Shown here: piece after piece, positions 55,590 to 64,000 of the stretch
Numbering within the stretch: the stretch's first letter is position 1
Layout of the letters: every line of letters starts with the position of its first letter
Origin: an uncultured Ignavibacteria bacterium
Lineage (GTDB): Bacteria > Bacteroidota > Ignavibacteria > SZUA-365
Length of the DNA: 64,000 nucleotides
Reading direction: 5' to 3'
NCBI GenBank assembly: GCA_913061095.1
Contig: CAJXVM010000022.1
Span: 7,845-71,844 of the forward strand
Notes under the pieces: model-generated
What the model was told of the DNA's origin: nothing
Seen by the model: only the letters and a program-made list of their open reading frames with translations
Database searches by the model: none
Program-made: the position numbers and the translations under genes

Positions 55590-58343
55590 ATGCGACTCGC
55601 TACGATCGCGCTGCTGATCGTTCTTTCCACGGCCACGGTCCTGGCTCAGGGAACCGGAACGATCAGCGGCAAGGTGACCGACGAGGATGATTTCTCCCTT
55701 GCCGGAGCCAACGTGTTCATCAAGGAAATCCGCAAGGGAACGGCGACGGACAAGAACGGCGAATTCACGCTGATCAATGTTCCCGCCGGTACACACACGA
55801 TGACCTTCTCCTACCTCGGCTTCCGCACCGAAACGCGGCAGGTGGAGGTGTCCGCGGGCGGCGTGGCGGAAGTGGACGTCACGATGCAGTCCGGCGTCAT
55901 CCGCGGCGAGGAAGTCGTCATTCTCGGCGAGCGGCTGAAAGGACAGGCCAGGAGCCTGAACCAACAGCGCAACAATCCCAACATTACCAACATCGTTTCA
56001 TCCGATCAGATCGGCCGTTTCCCCGACGCCAACATCGGCGACGCGCTCAAGCGCATCCCTGCCATCACGGTGAACTACGATCAGGGCGAAGCGCGCTTCG
56101 CCAACATTCGCGGCACCGAACCGCGCCTGAATTCCATCATGATCAACGGCGAGCGCATCCCCTCCGCGGAAGCGGAAATTCGTTCGGTGCAGGTGGACCT
56201 CATTCCCTCCGACGCCATCGCTTCGATCGAAGTGAACAAGGCCGTCACGCCCGACATGGACGCTGACGCCATCGGCGGTTCGGTGAATCTCATCACGCGC
56301 GGCGCACCGAGCGACCTGCGCCTGTCGGCCACGCTCGGCAGCGGCTACAATATGCTGTCGGAGGAACCGCTCCTGATCGGATCCGCCGTCGTCGGTTCGC
56401 GCTTTCTCGATGACCGCGTCGGCATCATGCTCAGCGGTGCGTATCATAACCACCAGCTCGGTTCCCACAACTCTGAAGGCGAGTGGGATCAGGAGGATGG
56501 AAACATCTTTGTCGACGAGTGGGAAGTGCGCCGCTACGTGATCCAGCGCGTGCGCCAGAGCGTATCTGGTACCGTCGACTACAAGCTCGACCCGACCAAC
56601 ACGCTCTTCCTGCGCGGCATCTACAACCACCGCAATGACTGGGAAAATCGCTACGCGCTGGCGTACGGACTCGGCCAGCCCAGCGGTGGTGTGTTCGACG
56701 AGGGAGAAATAGTGCGAGAGACCAAGGGCGGCATCGGCGACGATCTCAACGACGGCGCGCGGCTCGAGGATCAGCGCATGTATTCCTTCAGCCTTGCCGG
56801 TGATCACCTGTTCGGCGGCTCCGTGAAGGTGGACTGGTCCGCCGCATATTCCAAGGCGTCGGAAGAGCGTCCCAACGAGCGCTACATTGCGTGGGTCGCT
56901 GAGGATATCCCGGTCGGCGTGGACGTCTCCGATCCCGAGACCCCGTATTTCAATCCCCTCAATCCGGATGACGTCGCCCTGACCCGCTTCGAACTCGACG
57001 AACTGACTGAAGAGTACCAGTACACCGACGAGATCGACTTCAACGCCCGGCTCGACCTGGAGATTCCGATTGTCGGACAGGGAGAGTATAAAAGCAGCCT
57101 GAAGTTCGGCGGACGCATGCGCATGAAGGAAAAGCAGCGCGACAACGATTTCTACGAGTACGAACCGCTCGGTGACTTCCTCATGACGGACACGCAGATT
57201 GAGGATTATACCGTGGAGGATTTCCTCGCCGGCGATTACCGCTCGGGATACTTCACTTCAAGTGACGGACTCGGCGCGCTCGACCTGAACAATCCCGCCC
57301 TGTTCGAGAAAACACGTCTCAGCGAGGAGTTCGCCGCGGATAACTATACGGCAACCGAAGACATCTACGCCGGTTACCTGCAGCTGAACCAGCATCTCGG
57401 CCGCAAGCTCTACATGATCGCGGGCGTGCGCTTCGAGCAGACCAGCGTCGACTACCAGGGCAACCAGTTCAACGACGAGACCGAGGAAGTCACGCCCACC
57501 GAGGGATCCGACGATTACATGAACGTGCTGCCCGGACTGCATTTCAAGTACAATGTCGACAACAACACCATCCTCCGCTTCGCCTGGACGAACACGCTGG
57601 CGCGGCCGAACTACTTCGACCTCGTTCCGTACCGCTCCATCGCCGTCGAGGATGAAGAACTCGAGGAAGGAAATCCCATGCTCGAGCCGACCCGGTCGAT
57701 GAACTTCGACATCATGGCGGAGCAGTATTTCGAGAGCGTCGGCATCATCTCGGGCGGACTGTTCTACAAGGACATCACCGACTTCATCTACATTTACAGC
57801 CAGGACGACTACCTCGATCCCGTCAGCGGCAACACCTACGAGTTCTTCCAGCCGCGCAACGGCGCCGCGGCGACGCTGCTCGGTTTCGAGTTCGCCTTCC
57901 AGCGCCAGCTGACCTTCCTGCCGGGCGTTCTCAAGAACCTCGGCCTCTACACGAACTACACCTTCACCTCGTCGACCACCGACAACCCGGATTTCCCCGA
58001 GGACCAGGACGTGGAGCTGCCGGGTGCCGCGCCGCATACGATCAACGCTTCACTGACCTACCAGGATCAGCGATTCGTCGTCGGACTCTCCTTCAATTAC
58101 ACCAGTCCCTACCTCGATCCCGACGACCTCGACCTCACGCCCGGGCTTGAGCGCTATTACGACGCGGTCACCTATCTCGACATGAACGCGTCCTATGCCA
58201 TCACACCGCAGCTGCGCGTATTCGTCGAGGCCAACAACCTGCTCAACCAGCCGCTGCGCTACTACGCCGGCGAAAGCATCCGCACCTACCAGGCGGAGTA
58301 CTACAACCGCCGCTTCTCGGCCGGCATCAAGTTCGATCTCTGA
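55590..58343 (+). CDS. TonB-dependent receptor (phytase-associated type)
   Basis: Carboxypeptidase-regulatory-like N-domain, IGRFPDANIGDALKR plug, IEVNK...DAIGG.VNL, terminal barrel strand GIKFDL. Confidence 0.92.
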   Translation: MRLATIALLIVLSTATVLAQGTGTISGKVTDEDDFSLAGANVFIKEIRKGTATDKNGEFTLINVPAGTHTMTFSYLGFRTETRQVEVSAGGVAEVDVTMQSGVIRGEEVVILGERLKGQARSLNQQRNNPNITNIVSSDQIGRFPDANIGDALKRIPAITVNYDQGEARFANIRGTEPRLNSIMINGERIPSAEAEIRSVQVDLIPSDAIASIEVNKAVTPDMDADAIGGSVNLITRGAPSDLRLSATLGSGYNMLSEEPLLIGSAVVGSRFLDDRVGIMLSGAYHNHQLGSHNSEGEWDQEDGNIFVDEWEVRRYVIQRVRQSVSGTVDYKLDPTNTLFLRGIYNHRNDWENRYALAYGLGQPSGGVFDEGEIVRETKGGIGDDLNDGARLEDQRMYSFSLAGDHLFGGSVKVDWSAAYSKASEERPNERYIAWVAEDIPVGVDVSDPETPYFNPLNPDDVALTRFELDELTEEYQYTDEIDFNARLDLEIPIVGQGEYKSSLKFGGRMRMKEKQRDNDFYEYEPLGDFLMTDTQIEDYTVEDFLAGDYRSGYFTSSDGLGALDLNNPALFEKTRLSEEFAADNYTATEDIYAGYLQLNQHLGRKLYMIAGVRFEQTSVDYQGNQFNDETEEVTPTEGSDDYMNVLPGLHFKYNVDNNTILRFAWTNTLARPNYFDLVPYRSIAVEDEELEEGNPMLEPTRSMNFDIMAEQYFESVGIISGGLFYKDITDFIYIYSQDDYLDPVSGNTYEFFQPRNGAAATLLGFEFAFQRQLTFLPGVLKNLGLYTNYTFTSSTTDNPDFPEDQDVELPGAAPHTINASLTYQDQRFVVGLSFNYTSPYLDPDDLDLTPGLERYYDAVTYLDMNASYAITPQLRVFVEANNLLNQPLRYYAGESIRTYQAEYYNRRFSAGIKFDL

Positions 58344-58440
58344 TCATCACATGCACAGGGAACGGCGGACTCCGGTCCGCCGTTTTCCGTATTGAAATCA
58401 CAACATGCATCACATTCATCAACCAACCGGCACACCGCGC

Positions 58441-59526
58441 ATGATTCGCATCAACGTCACACTGCTCCTCCTGTCCGCCCTGCTCATCCTCGCCGCCTGC
58501 GGCAGAACGGAAAACACCGACACCGCCGCGGATGCCTCCGCCGCAGACTCTTCCGCCGCAGGCATCCCGGTGATCATCGAGGAATTCCTCACCGACTGGG
58601 ATGAGACCGACAACGTCGACTCGCCCGCCGTCTGGCACGGTCCGGACGGAGAGCACTGGGTCATCTCCACCTGCAAATCCACCGACCGGCTCATCGTGCA
58701 TGACGCCGCGACCGGCGAACTCGTGCGCTACGTGGGCTCGACCGGCGAGGGTGCGGGACAATTCCGGCGTCCCAACGGCATCGCCGTCGTTGACGACCTC
58801 GCCATTGTCGTCGAGCGCGACAACCACCGCGTGCAGGTGCTGCGCCTGCCGTCGTGGGAATCCATCGGCATCTTCGGCGCGGATGATCTCGTGCTGCCCT
58901 ACGGCATCGCCCTGCGCCGCGACGCCGGCGGCTACGTGCTGTACGTCACCGACAACTACGAAACCGCCGACGAGCAGGTGCCGCCGGATTCCCTGCTCGG
59001 CGAACGGGTGAAGATGTTTTCCATGGATGTGTCGGATGGACGGGCGCGCGGCGCGCTGCTGAAACGCTTCGGCGCTGTCGACGGCGCGGGACGCCTGCGC
59101 GTGGTGGAATCCATCGCCGTCGACACCGTGCACAACCGCCTGCTCCTCGCCGAGGAGGATGCGCGCTTCAACGACATCAAGGTGTACGATCTCGACGGCC
59201 GCTTCACGGGACGCATCATGGGGGATGGCATATTCCGCTATCAGCCCGAGGGCATCGTGCTCTACACGCTGCCGGACGGCGAGGGCTGGTGGATTACCAC
59301 CGACCAGGACGAAGGAGACAACACCTTCGTGATTTTCGACCGCCGCACACTCCAGCACGTGGCCTCGTTCAAGCCCGCGGTGATCGCGAACACCGACGGC
59401 ATCGCCCTCACACAGCGCTCGTTCGGTCCGTTTTCCGCCGGCGCCCTCTTCGCCGTGCACAACGACGGCGGCGTCGGCGCGCTCGACTGGCAGACTATCG
59501 CGGATTCATTGGGCCTCGGGAGGTGA
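58441..59526 (+). CDS. Beta-propeller phytase family lipoprotein
   Basis: Lipobox LAAC; DSPAVW, RPNG, VES/QPEGI.LY, TDG..L.....G..F.H. Confidence 0.75.
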   Translation: MIRINVTLLLLSALLILAACGRTENTDTAADASAADSSAAGIPVIIEEFLTDWDETDNVDSPAVWHGPDGEHWVISTCKSTDRLIVHDAATGELVRYVGSTGEGAGQFRRPNGIAVVDDLAIVVERDNHRVQVLRLPSWESIGIFGADDLVLPYGIALRRDAGGYVLYVTDNYETADEQVPPDSLLGERVKMFSMDVSDGRARGALLKRFGAVDGAGRLRVVESIAVDTVHNRLLLAEEDARFNDIKVYDLDGRFTGRIMGDGIFRYQPEGIVLYTLPDGEGWWITTDQDEGDNTFVIFDRRTLQHVASFKPAVIANTDGIALTQRSFGPFSAGALFAVHNDGGVGALDWQTIADSLGLGR

Positions 59527-59532
59527 TTCGCC

Positions 59533-59792
59533 GACCCCACCCTCACGGGTGGGGCTAGCGCGCCGGTATCGCGCGCCGTCGAGCGGCGCGCTGGGGGATG
59601 GGGATAGCGTCTGCGCGTGCGACCACACGCTCACGCGTGTGGCTAGCGCCTTCAATTCATGGCATGCGGTAACCCCACGCATAAGCGTGAGGTTAGCGCA
59701 ACCCATTCATGGCATGCGGTAACCCCACGCGTAAGCGTGAGGTTAGCGCAACCCATACATGGCATGCGGTAACCCCACGCGTAAGCGTGGGG
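59533..59792. repeat. REP/BIME-like cluster including a 50-bp tandem triplication
   Basis: Hairpins ccccaccc-tcac-gggtgggg-cta and ccacacgc-tcac-gcgtgtgg-cta, then three gtaaccccacgc-Rtaa-gcgtg units at 50-bp period (59655, 59705, 59755). Confidence 0.85.
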
Positions 59793-59795
59793 AGA

Positions 59796-59823
59796 CAACG
59801 GCTAACGGCCAACGGCTAATGGC
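59796..59823. repeat. 7-bp tandem repeat (Yaacggc) x4
   Basis: caacggc taacggc caacggc taatggc. Confidence 0.8.
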
Positions 59824-59899
59824 CCTTATCAAACATGCATATCCGTCCGGTTTACGCTATATTGGTTGAAAACCACCTCCACTGAATGACCACCGCTTC

Positions 59900-60859
59900 A
59901 TGATCACCGCCTTCAGCGCACTTGATACCGTCGTCACCTGGCTCGAAGAAAGCATCGGCATCCCGCCGCAGGTGCAGGAGAACCTGCTCAAGTCGCTGAT
60001 CGTCATCTTCATTCTCTGGATGGCACGCTACGTCGTGCTGAAGGTCGTGCGCAGGCGCACATCCGACGTGCGCACGCGCTACCAGTGGCAGAAGACCTCC
60101 ACCTATGTCAGTGTTGCGCTCGGCATACTCGTCATCGGACGCATCTGGTTCGAGGGCATCCAGTCGCTGGCGACGTTTCTCGGACTGGTGTCCGCCGGAC
60201 TCGCCATCGCCTTGAAAGACGTGCTCACCGACATCGCCGGCTGGGCGTTCATCCTCTGGCGTCGTCCCCTCGAAGTCGGCGACCGCGTGCAGATCGGCGC
60301 GCACGCGGGCGACATCATCGACATCCGCCTCTTCCAGTTCAGCATCCTCGAGATCGGCAACTGGGTGGACGCCGACCAGAGCACCGGCCGCGTCATCCAC
60401 ATCCCGAACGGGAAAGTCTTTACCGAACCGCAGATCAATTATACAAAGGGATTCCAGTTCATCTGGGATGAACTCGCCGTGCTCATCACCTTCGAAAGCG
60501 ACTGGGAACGCGCGAAGGAGATACTCACGGAGATCGTCGAGAAGCACACTGAAATCATGAGCGAGCATGCACAGGAGGGCATACGCGAGGCGAGCAAGAA
60601 GTTCATGATATACTACACCACCCTCTCCCCGAAAGTGTACACCTCGGTGAAAGACAGCGGCGTCATGCTCACCCTGCGGTATCTCGTCATGCCCCGCCGC
60701 CGCCGGGGACGCCAGGAAGTGCTCTGGGAAGAAATCCTCCGCGCCTTCGCGAAAGAGCCGAACATCGATCTCGCATACCCCACTACGCGCTTTTACAAGC
60801 TCGGTGAGGGCGGGGATGAAAAAAACGCGGGCGAAGACAATTCTCGTAAAGGCAACTGA
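59900..60859 (+). CDS. Small-conductance mechanosensitive channel (MscS family)
   Basis: Three TMs, GL..AL.D, RP.EVGDRV.IG...GD.IDI, IPN, I..AYPT. Confidence 0.9.
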   Translation: MITAFSALDTVVTWLEESIGIPPQVQENLLKSLIVIFILWMARYVVLKVVRRRTSDVRTRYQWQKTSTYVSVALGILVIGRIWFEGIQSLATFLGLVSAGLAIALKDVLTDIAGWAFILWRRPLEVGDRVQIGAHAGDIIDIRLFQFSILEIGNWVDADQSTGRVIHIPNGKVFTEPQINYTKGFQFIWDELAVLITFESDWERAKEILTEIVEKHTEIMSEHAQEGIREASKKFMIYYTTLSPKVYTSVKDSGVMLTLRYLVMPRRRRGRQEVLWEEILRAFAKEPNIDLAYPTTRFYKLGEGGDEKNAGEDNSRKGN

Positions 60860-61002
60860 CCCTGCTCAATTCGCAGAGCCGCTCTGTGCGCAGAAAAATG
60901 GAATAGAACATCATTTTCAATACTCACATCCGTACGAACTGACGCACGAAGAGGCGCTTCCCGTTCGTGGCCTTTGTTACAGCAGTGAGTTCCATAAAGG
61001 CA

Positions 61003-61941
61003 TCAGGTTCTCATCTGATCCATTCGCTCAGCGATCAGGACCTCGTACCGGGCGACGAACTCGCCGCTCACAATACTCGAACGCAGCGTCTCGATGGCTG
61101 CGGGCATAGCATCCAGAACTGAGTCGATCGCCTTCTCCGCCGCAGCGGAAGGGATATCGAGCGTCTCCGCTGCGCGCAGGTATGCAGCACGCGTGAGATT
61201 TTTCTTCCTTCCGTCGACGGTGAGAGCACTTTCTTCCTCATCTTCGGGCAGCAGCAGCTTCGTCGGCAGGAGGTCGTACGCGGGCGCAAGGCGGGGACCC
61301 TCTTCCGTGTGAAGCAGGGAGAAATTCTTCAGATGCATGTCGGCGTTGCCGGTGAGAAAGCAGAAGATCAGCAGTTCAAAGAAGTTGATGCGATCGAGTC
61401 CGGGCGCGGCACTGTATCGCCAGATCATTTTTCCGGCCTGCTCAACTGAGCCCCGGTATTTGTGCTCGGTCAGTCGTCCCCCAACCTGGCAGAGATCCTC
61501 CATGTGCACTTTCGCACCGGTGCGTGTGCGGTCCACTCGCCGTGTGATGTACGCGCGCTCGCCGGATTGGAAACGGATCAGTCCGTGCGGCACAACATGA
61601 ATCCCACAAGCTTCCGCCATGTGCATGGTTGCATCCTCAAGTTCCGGGAGTTCGGGATAAACATCCGACGGAGGTTTGAGGATATACGCCGCGCGGTAAC
61701 CGACAACGGTCAGCCGGCGTGCGCGTCCGCGCTCCTTCTGGAGATGGAGTGAGAGCTTTTTCTGCACTCCCGGGACAGTGATGTGAGCGAGGACATGTTC
61801 CTTCGCCATCGCATCGATGTCAGAAAGAGAGAATGGCAGACGGGCATCCATATCCGTGAGGAAGAAGTCGCGAATGCAGCGCTGGTGCATATCGCCGTTC
61901 TCCTCGCCAAGCGACCGGTAACAGAGAAGGCATTTATCCAT
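61003..61941 (-). CDS. hipA: HipA-family kinase toxin (HipT-like)
   Basis: ITVPGVQKK loop, YILKP, RRVDR, HMED.CQ, GNADMHLKNFSL, LAPAYDL. Confidence 0.92.
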   Translation of the reverse strand: MDKCLLCYRSLGEENGDMHQRCIRDFFLTDMDARLPFSLSDIDAMAKEHVLAHITVPGVQKKLSLHLQKERGRARRLTVVGYRAAYILKPPSDVYPELPELEDATMHMAEACGIHVVPHGLIRFQSGERAYITRRVDRTRTGAKVHMEDLCQVGGRLTEHKYRGSVEQAGKMIWRYSAAPGLDRINFFELLIFCFLTGNADMHLKNFSLLHTEEGPRLAPAYDLLPTKLLLPEDEEESALTVDGRKKNLTRAAYLRAAETLDIPSAAAEKAIDSVLDAMPAAIETLRSSIVSGEFVARYEVLIAERMDQMRT

Positions 61942-62281
61942 TGCCTGCCTCCTCATCTTCCGCCGGTGGCGCGGGAAGGATACTGACCGCCCCGATGCAA
62001 TCCTCGCAACAGGCGAGCAGGAGCCCCATGCGATCACGCGGATCGAGCTTCCAGTGTTCACGGGCGATGTCGAGCATCCATCCTTCCGGGATGAGTCCGT
62101 CGAAGAACGGGAACATCGTGGGCGATGTGAACTCCTCCTCCTGCAGCGGCAGGGTGAGACTGACCGGCTGCGAGTCCTGACCCCCGAGATATGCATCATC
62201 GTAGCGGAAATGAAATCCCGTCTCATCTTCGACGATCCTGCCCGCGAGTCTGTCATGCATGTATACCAGGCCGCTGCGCAT
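61934..62281 (-). CDS. HipA N-terminal domain protein (HipS-like antitoxin)
   Basis: F.Y...Y, PVSLTLPL, PFFDGLIPEGW, DCIGAVSI; overlaps the toxin start. Confidence 0.9.
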   Translation of the reverse strand: MRSGLVYMHDRLAGRIVEDETGFHFRYDDAYLGGQDSQPVSLTLPLQEEEFTSPTMFPFFDGLIPEGWMLDIAREHWKLDPRDRMGLLLACCEDCIGAVSILPAPPAEDEEAGNG

Positions 62282-62285
62282 GACC

Positions 62286-62489
62286 TCACTTCCTCCTGAG
62301 GGGCATCGGACCGAGTTCCGACCCGAACAGTTCAAGCAGCTGATTGACCTTGTCCATTCGCAGCGTCGTCTTCCCCTGCTCGAGGTCGCGGATGAAACGG
62401 AGTCCAACACCCGCCTTCCGGGCAGCCTCCATCTGCGTCAGTCCCAGTTTCTTCCGCTCACGTTTCACAAATTCACTTAGCGTCATCAT
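62286..62489 (-). CDS. HipB-like HTH-Xre transcriptional regulator
   Basis: RK.LGLTQ..AA.KAGVGLRFIRDLEQGK.TLRMDKVNQLL. Confidence 0.9.
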   Translation of the reverse strand: MMTLSEFVKRERKKLGLTQMEAARKAGVGLRFIRDLEQGKTTLRMDKVNQLLELFGSELGPMPLRRK

Positions 62490-62513
62490 TCCATCCAGGG
62501 ATATTCTCCCGCA

Positions 62514-62616
62514 ATTATATATCCTTTCGGGTATAATGTCAATAGCCATACCCGAAATTATACCCGATAGAATGCAACATCGAATCCGACAGATGCATTA
62601 TACCCGTCCGGGTATT
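62514..62616 (-). promoter_or_regulatory. Consensus sigma70 promoter of hipBST with three palindromic operators
   Basis: TTGACA(62542-62537)-N17-TATAAT(62519-62514); tatatcc-tttc-gggtata (62518), tatacccg half-site (62559), tatacccg-tc-cgggtatt (62599). Confidence 0.85.
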
Positions 62617-62656
62617 GCATGCAGTCTCATGCTGATTGTATGCAATGCACGCTCTT

Positions 62657-62708
62657 CTTCACCCCTTCACCCCTTCACCTCTTCACCTCTTCACCCCTTC
62701 ACGCCTCA
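62657..62708. repeat. 8-bp tandem repeat (cttcaccY) x6 abutting a stop codon
   Basis: cttcaccc x2, cttcacct x2, cttcaccc, cttcacgc, ctca (the stop). Confidence 0.9.
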
Positions 62709-64000
62709 CTCCACCACCACCTTTCTCCTGCACACGCCCGCACTCGACTTCAGCTGGAGCACATACATCCCGGGAGCGAGCGCGCCGGTGGACCATGTCA
62801 CATGTCGTCCTTCCGGACCGAGTTCGCCCTCGAACAGACGCCCAACCACGCGTCCGGAGAGATCGTGCACGGTCACGCTGACCTGCGCCGTGTGGTCGCT
62901 CTGAAGATGCAGCGTTGTGGATTCTACCGTGCGCAATACCGGATGAGGATAGGGCGTGCCAACACTCAGTGGTAGAGGTGGACTCGTGAGCGGTATCACA
63001 TCGGTCACTTCTGGAAAATCTATGCGGTGGATAGATAGTGCTTTCTTGTAATAAACGCTTATGGCGTTGTCCGGATACAGGGCATTGTTCAAGTCAACTC
63101 CGGGCACTGAACTCGTCTCAAGTACCAATGTATCTGTTCGTCCATAATTTGTACTTGCATACAGTGATACTGACACAATTTTTGAACGGTATACATAGTA
63201 TTCGGTGACTATTCCTCCGTTCGCCAGTATCGTTGCTCCGGCATCATTCTTTGTTTCCCGGTCGTCGGAAGATCGTATCATCTCGTAGGACTCCCACGAG
63301 TCTCCATTATCATCGCTGTACATTGTCAGTATGTTTTTCTCTCTCGCGTTGTTCGTATACTTCAGGACTGCCACCGCCAGGACTTCTCCTGTTTCAAGTG
63401 GTCGTACCGTGGATATATGGTACACGCGCCGCCTTTCCTCCTGCGACAGTTCGAGTACAACTTTCCACTCCCGGAAATCCGGACTACTGCGCACCACCTT
63501 ATACGTTCCCGTAGAATCCTTTAATGTGTACCAAACAGCCCCATCAAACGGAGATATTTGAATAATGACAGGCCCGCGATTCGCACTCCACTCCGCGTTC
63601 TGTATCCATGACCATGTCGATCCACCGTCAGAAGTATAGAGCAATCCTTTCGTCATCGGAATCACAGTGCAGGCAGAATCATATGTATGAATCCGTGAGC
63701 TTAACAGACGTGAGTCTGTATCGACATATGCCGCATGCCAGCTCTCACCTGCGTCCTCGCTCCTGAATATCAGCGTGTCGTCATCTCCTCCTATACGAGC
63801 AAGACTATACCAGAGCCGTGTAGAAGCTGGTCTGATTGAATAACCCGGGATATCATCAACAAGATCGATAGACGCGAAACCGTCTGTGGTTTTGTATATT
63901 GATATTTCTCGTGTCTTCCAATCCATGACGGATATGACTGCATCATCATTTTCCGCCCAGAGAAAACTGGAAACCATGAAAGGAGTCTTCCTCGGAATAT
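62706..64000 (-). CDS. T9SS cargo protein with Asp-box/BNR beta-propeller; 5' end outside the window
   Basis: SEDAGESW, TSDGGSTW, SDDNGDSW repeats; CTD PYPHP...HDLSGR.V...PGMYVL; frame open past 64000. Confidence 0.85.
   Translation of the reverse strand, partial: IPRKTPFMVSSFLWAENDDAVISVMDWKTREISIYKTTDGFASIDLVDDIPGYSIRPASTRLWYSLARIGGDDDTLIFRSEDAGESWHAAYVDTDSRLLSSRIHTYDSACTVIPMTKGLLYTSDGGSTWSWIQNAEWSANRGPVIIQISPFDGAVWYTLKDSTGTYKVVRSSPDFREWKVVLELSQEERRRVYHISTVRPLETGEVLAVAVLKYTNNAREKNILTMYSDDNGDSWESYEMIRSSDDRETKNDAGATILANGGIVTEYYVYRSKIVSVSLYASTNYGRTDTLVLETSSVPGVDLNNALYPDNAISVYYKKALSIHRIDFPEVTDVIPLTSPPLPLSVGTPYPHPVLRTVESTTLHLQSDHTAQVSVTVHDLSGRVVGRLFEGELGPEGRHVTWSTGALAPGMYVLQLKSSAGVCRRKVVVE

Noticed and set aside
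59655..59792. CRISPR array
   Set aside because: The sequence between hairpins is identical rather than unique spacers; only three units and no cas genes

Overview
64 kb of a high-GC bacterial chromosome. T9SS C-terminal sorting domains, DUF5686 proteins and the TonB receptor style point to the FCB/Bacteroidota-Ignavibacteria-Kapabacteria neighbourhood (inference). In order: a truncated multiheme cytochrome c missing from the ORF track; lplA-like; Mpv17-like; an arcA-less arginine catabolic operon (candidate Arg-rich leader peptide, argF, arcC, a pyrB-like carbamoyltransferase with altered aspartate-binding residues, rocD, and an arginine synthetase ArcE-like gene); a CopB ATPase; two DUF5686 paralogs; two ~2000-aa colinear T9SS propeller/Ig-repeat proteins flanking a barrel-polyPro-OmpA gene; queA-ispD-rsmI; an ADP-forming acyl-CoA synthetase; a POTRA-less Omp85; DUF4159/DUF4175; merR and tRNA-Pro(GGG); rnhC; M23 and S9 peptidases; an ECF sigma module; a TonB receptor and phytase with a Pho-box-like promoter; mscS; a tripartite HipBST module; and a partial T9SS cargo gene. 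Two observations stand out. (1) A 725-bp segment bounded by perfect 28-bp inverted repeats with 9-bp periodicity carries a thiamine-binding-protein gene and an internally deleted GxxExxY nuclease gene; an 'empty' palindromic version and solo arms of related repeats occur elsewhere in the window. (2) A pseudo-ATCase is embedded in the arginine synthetase operon. All family assignments come from motif recognition by eye, and no searches were run.
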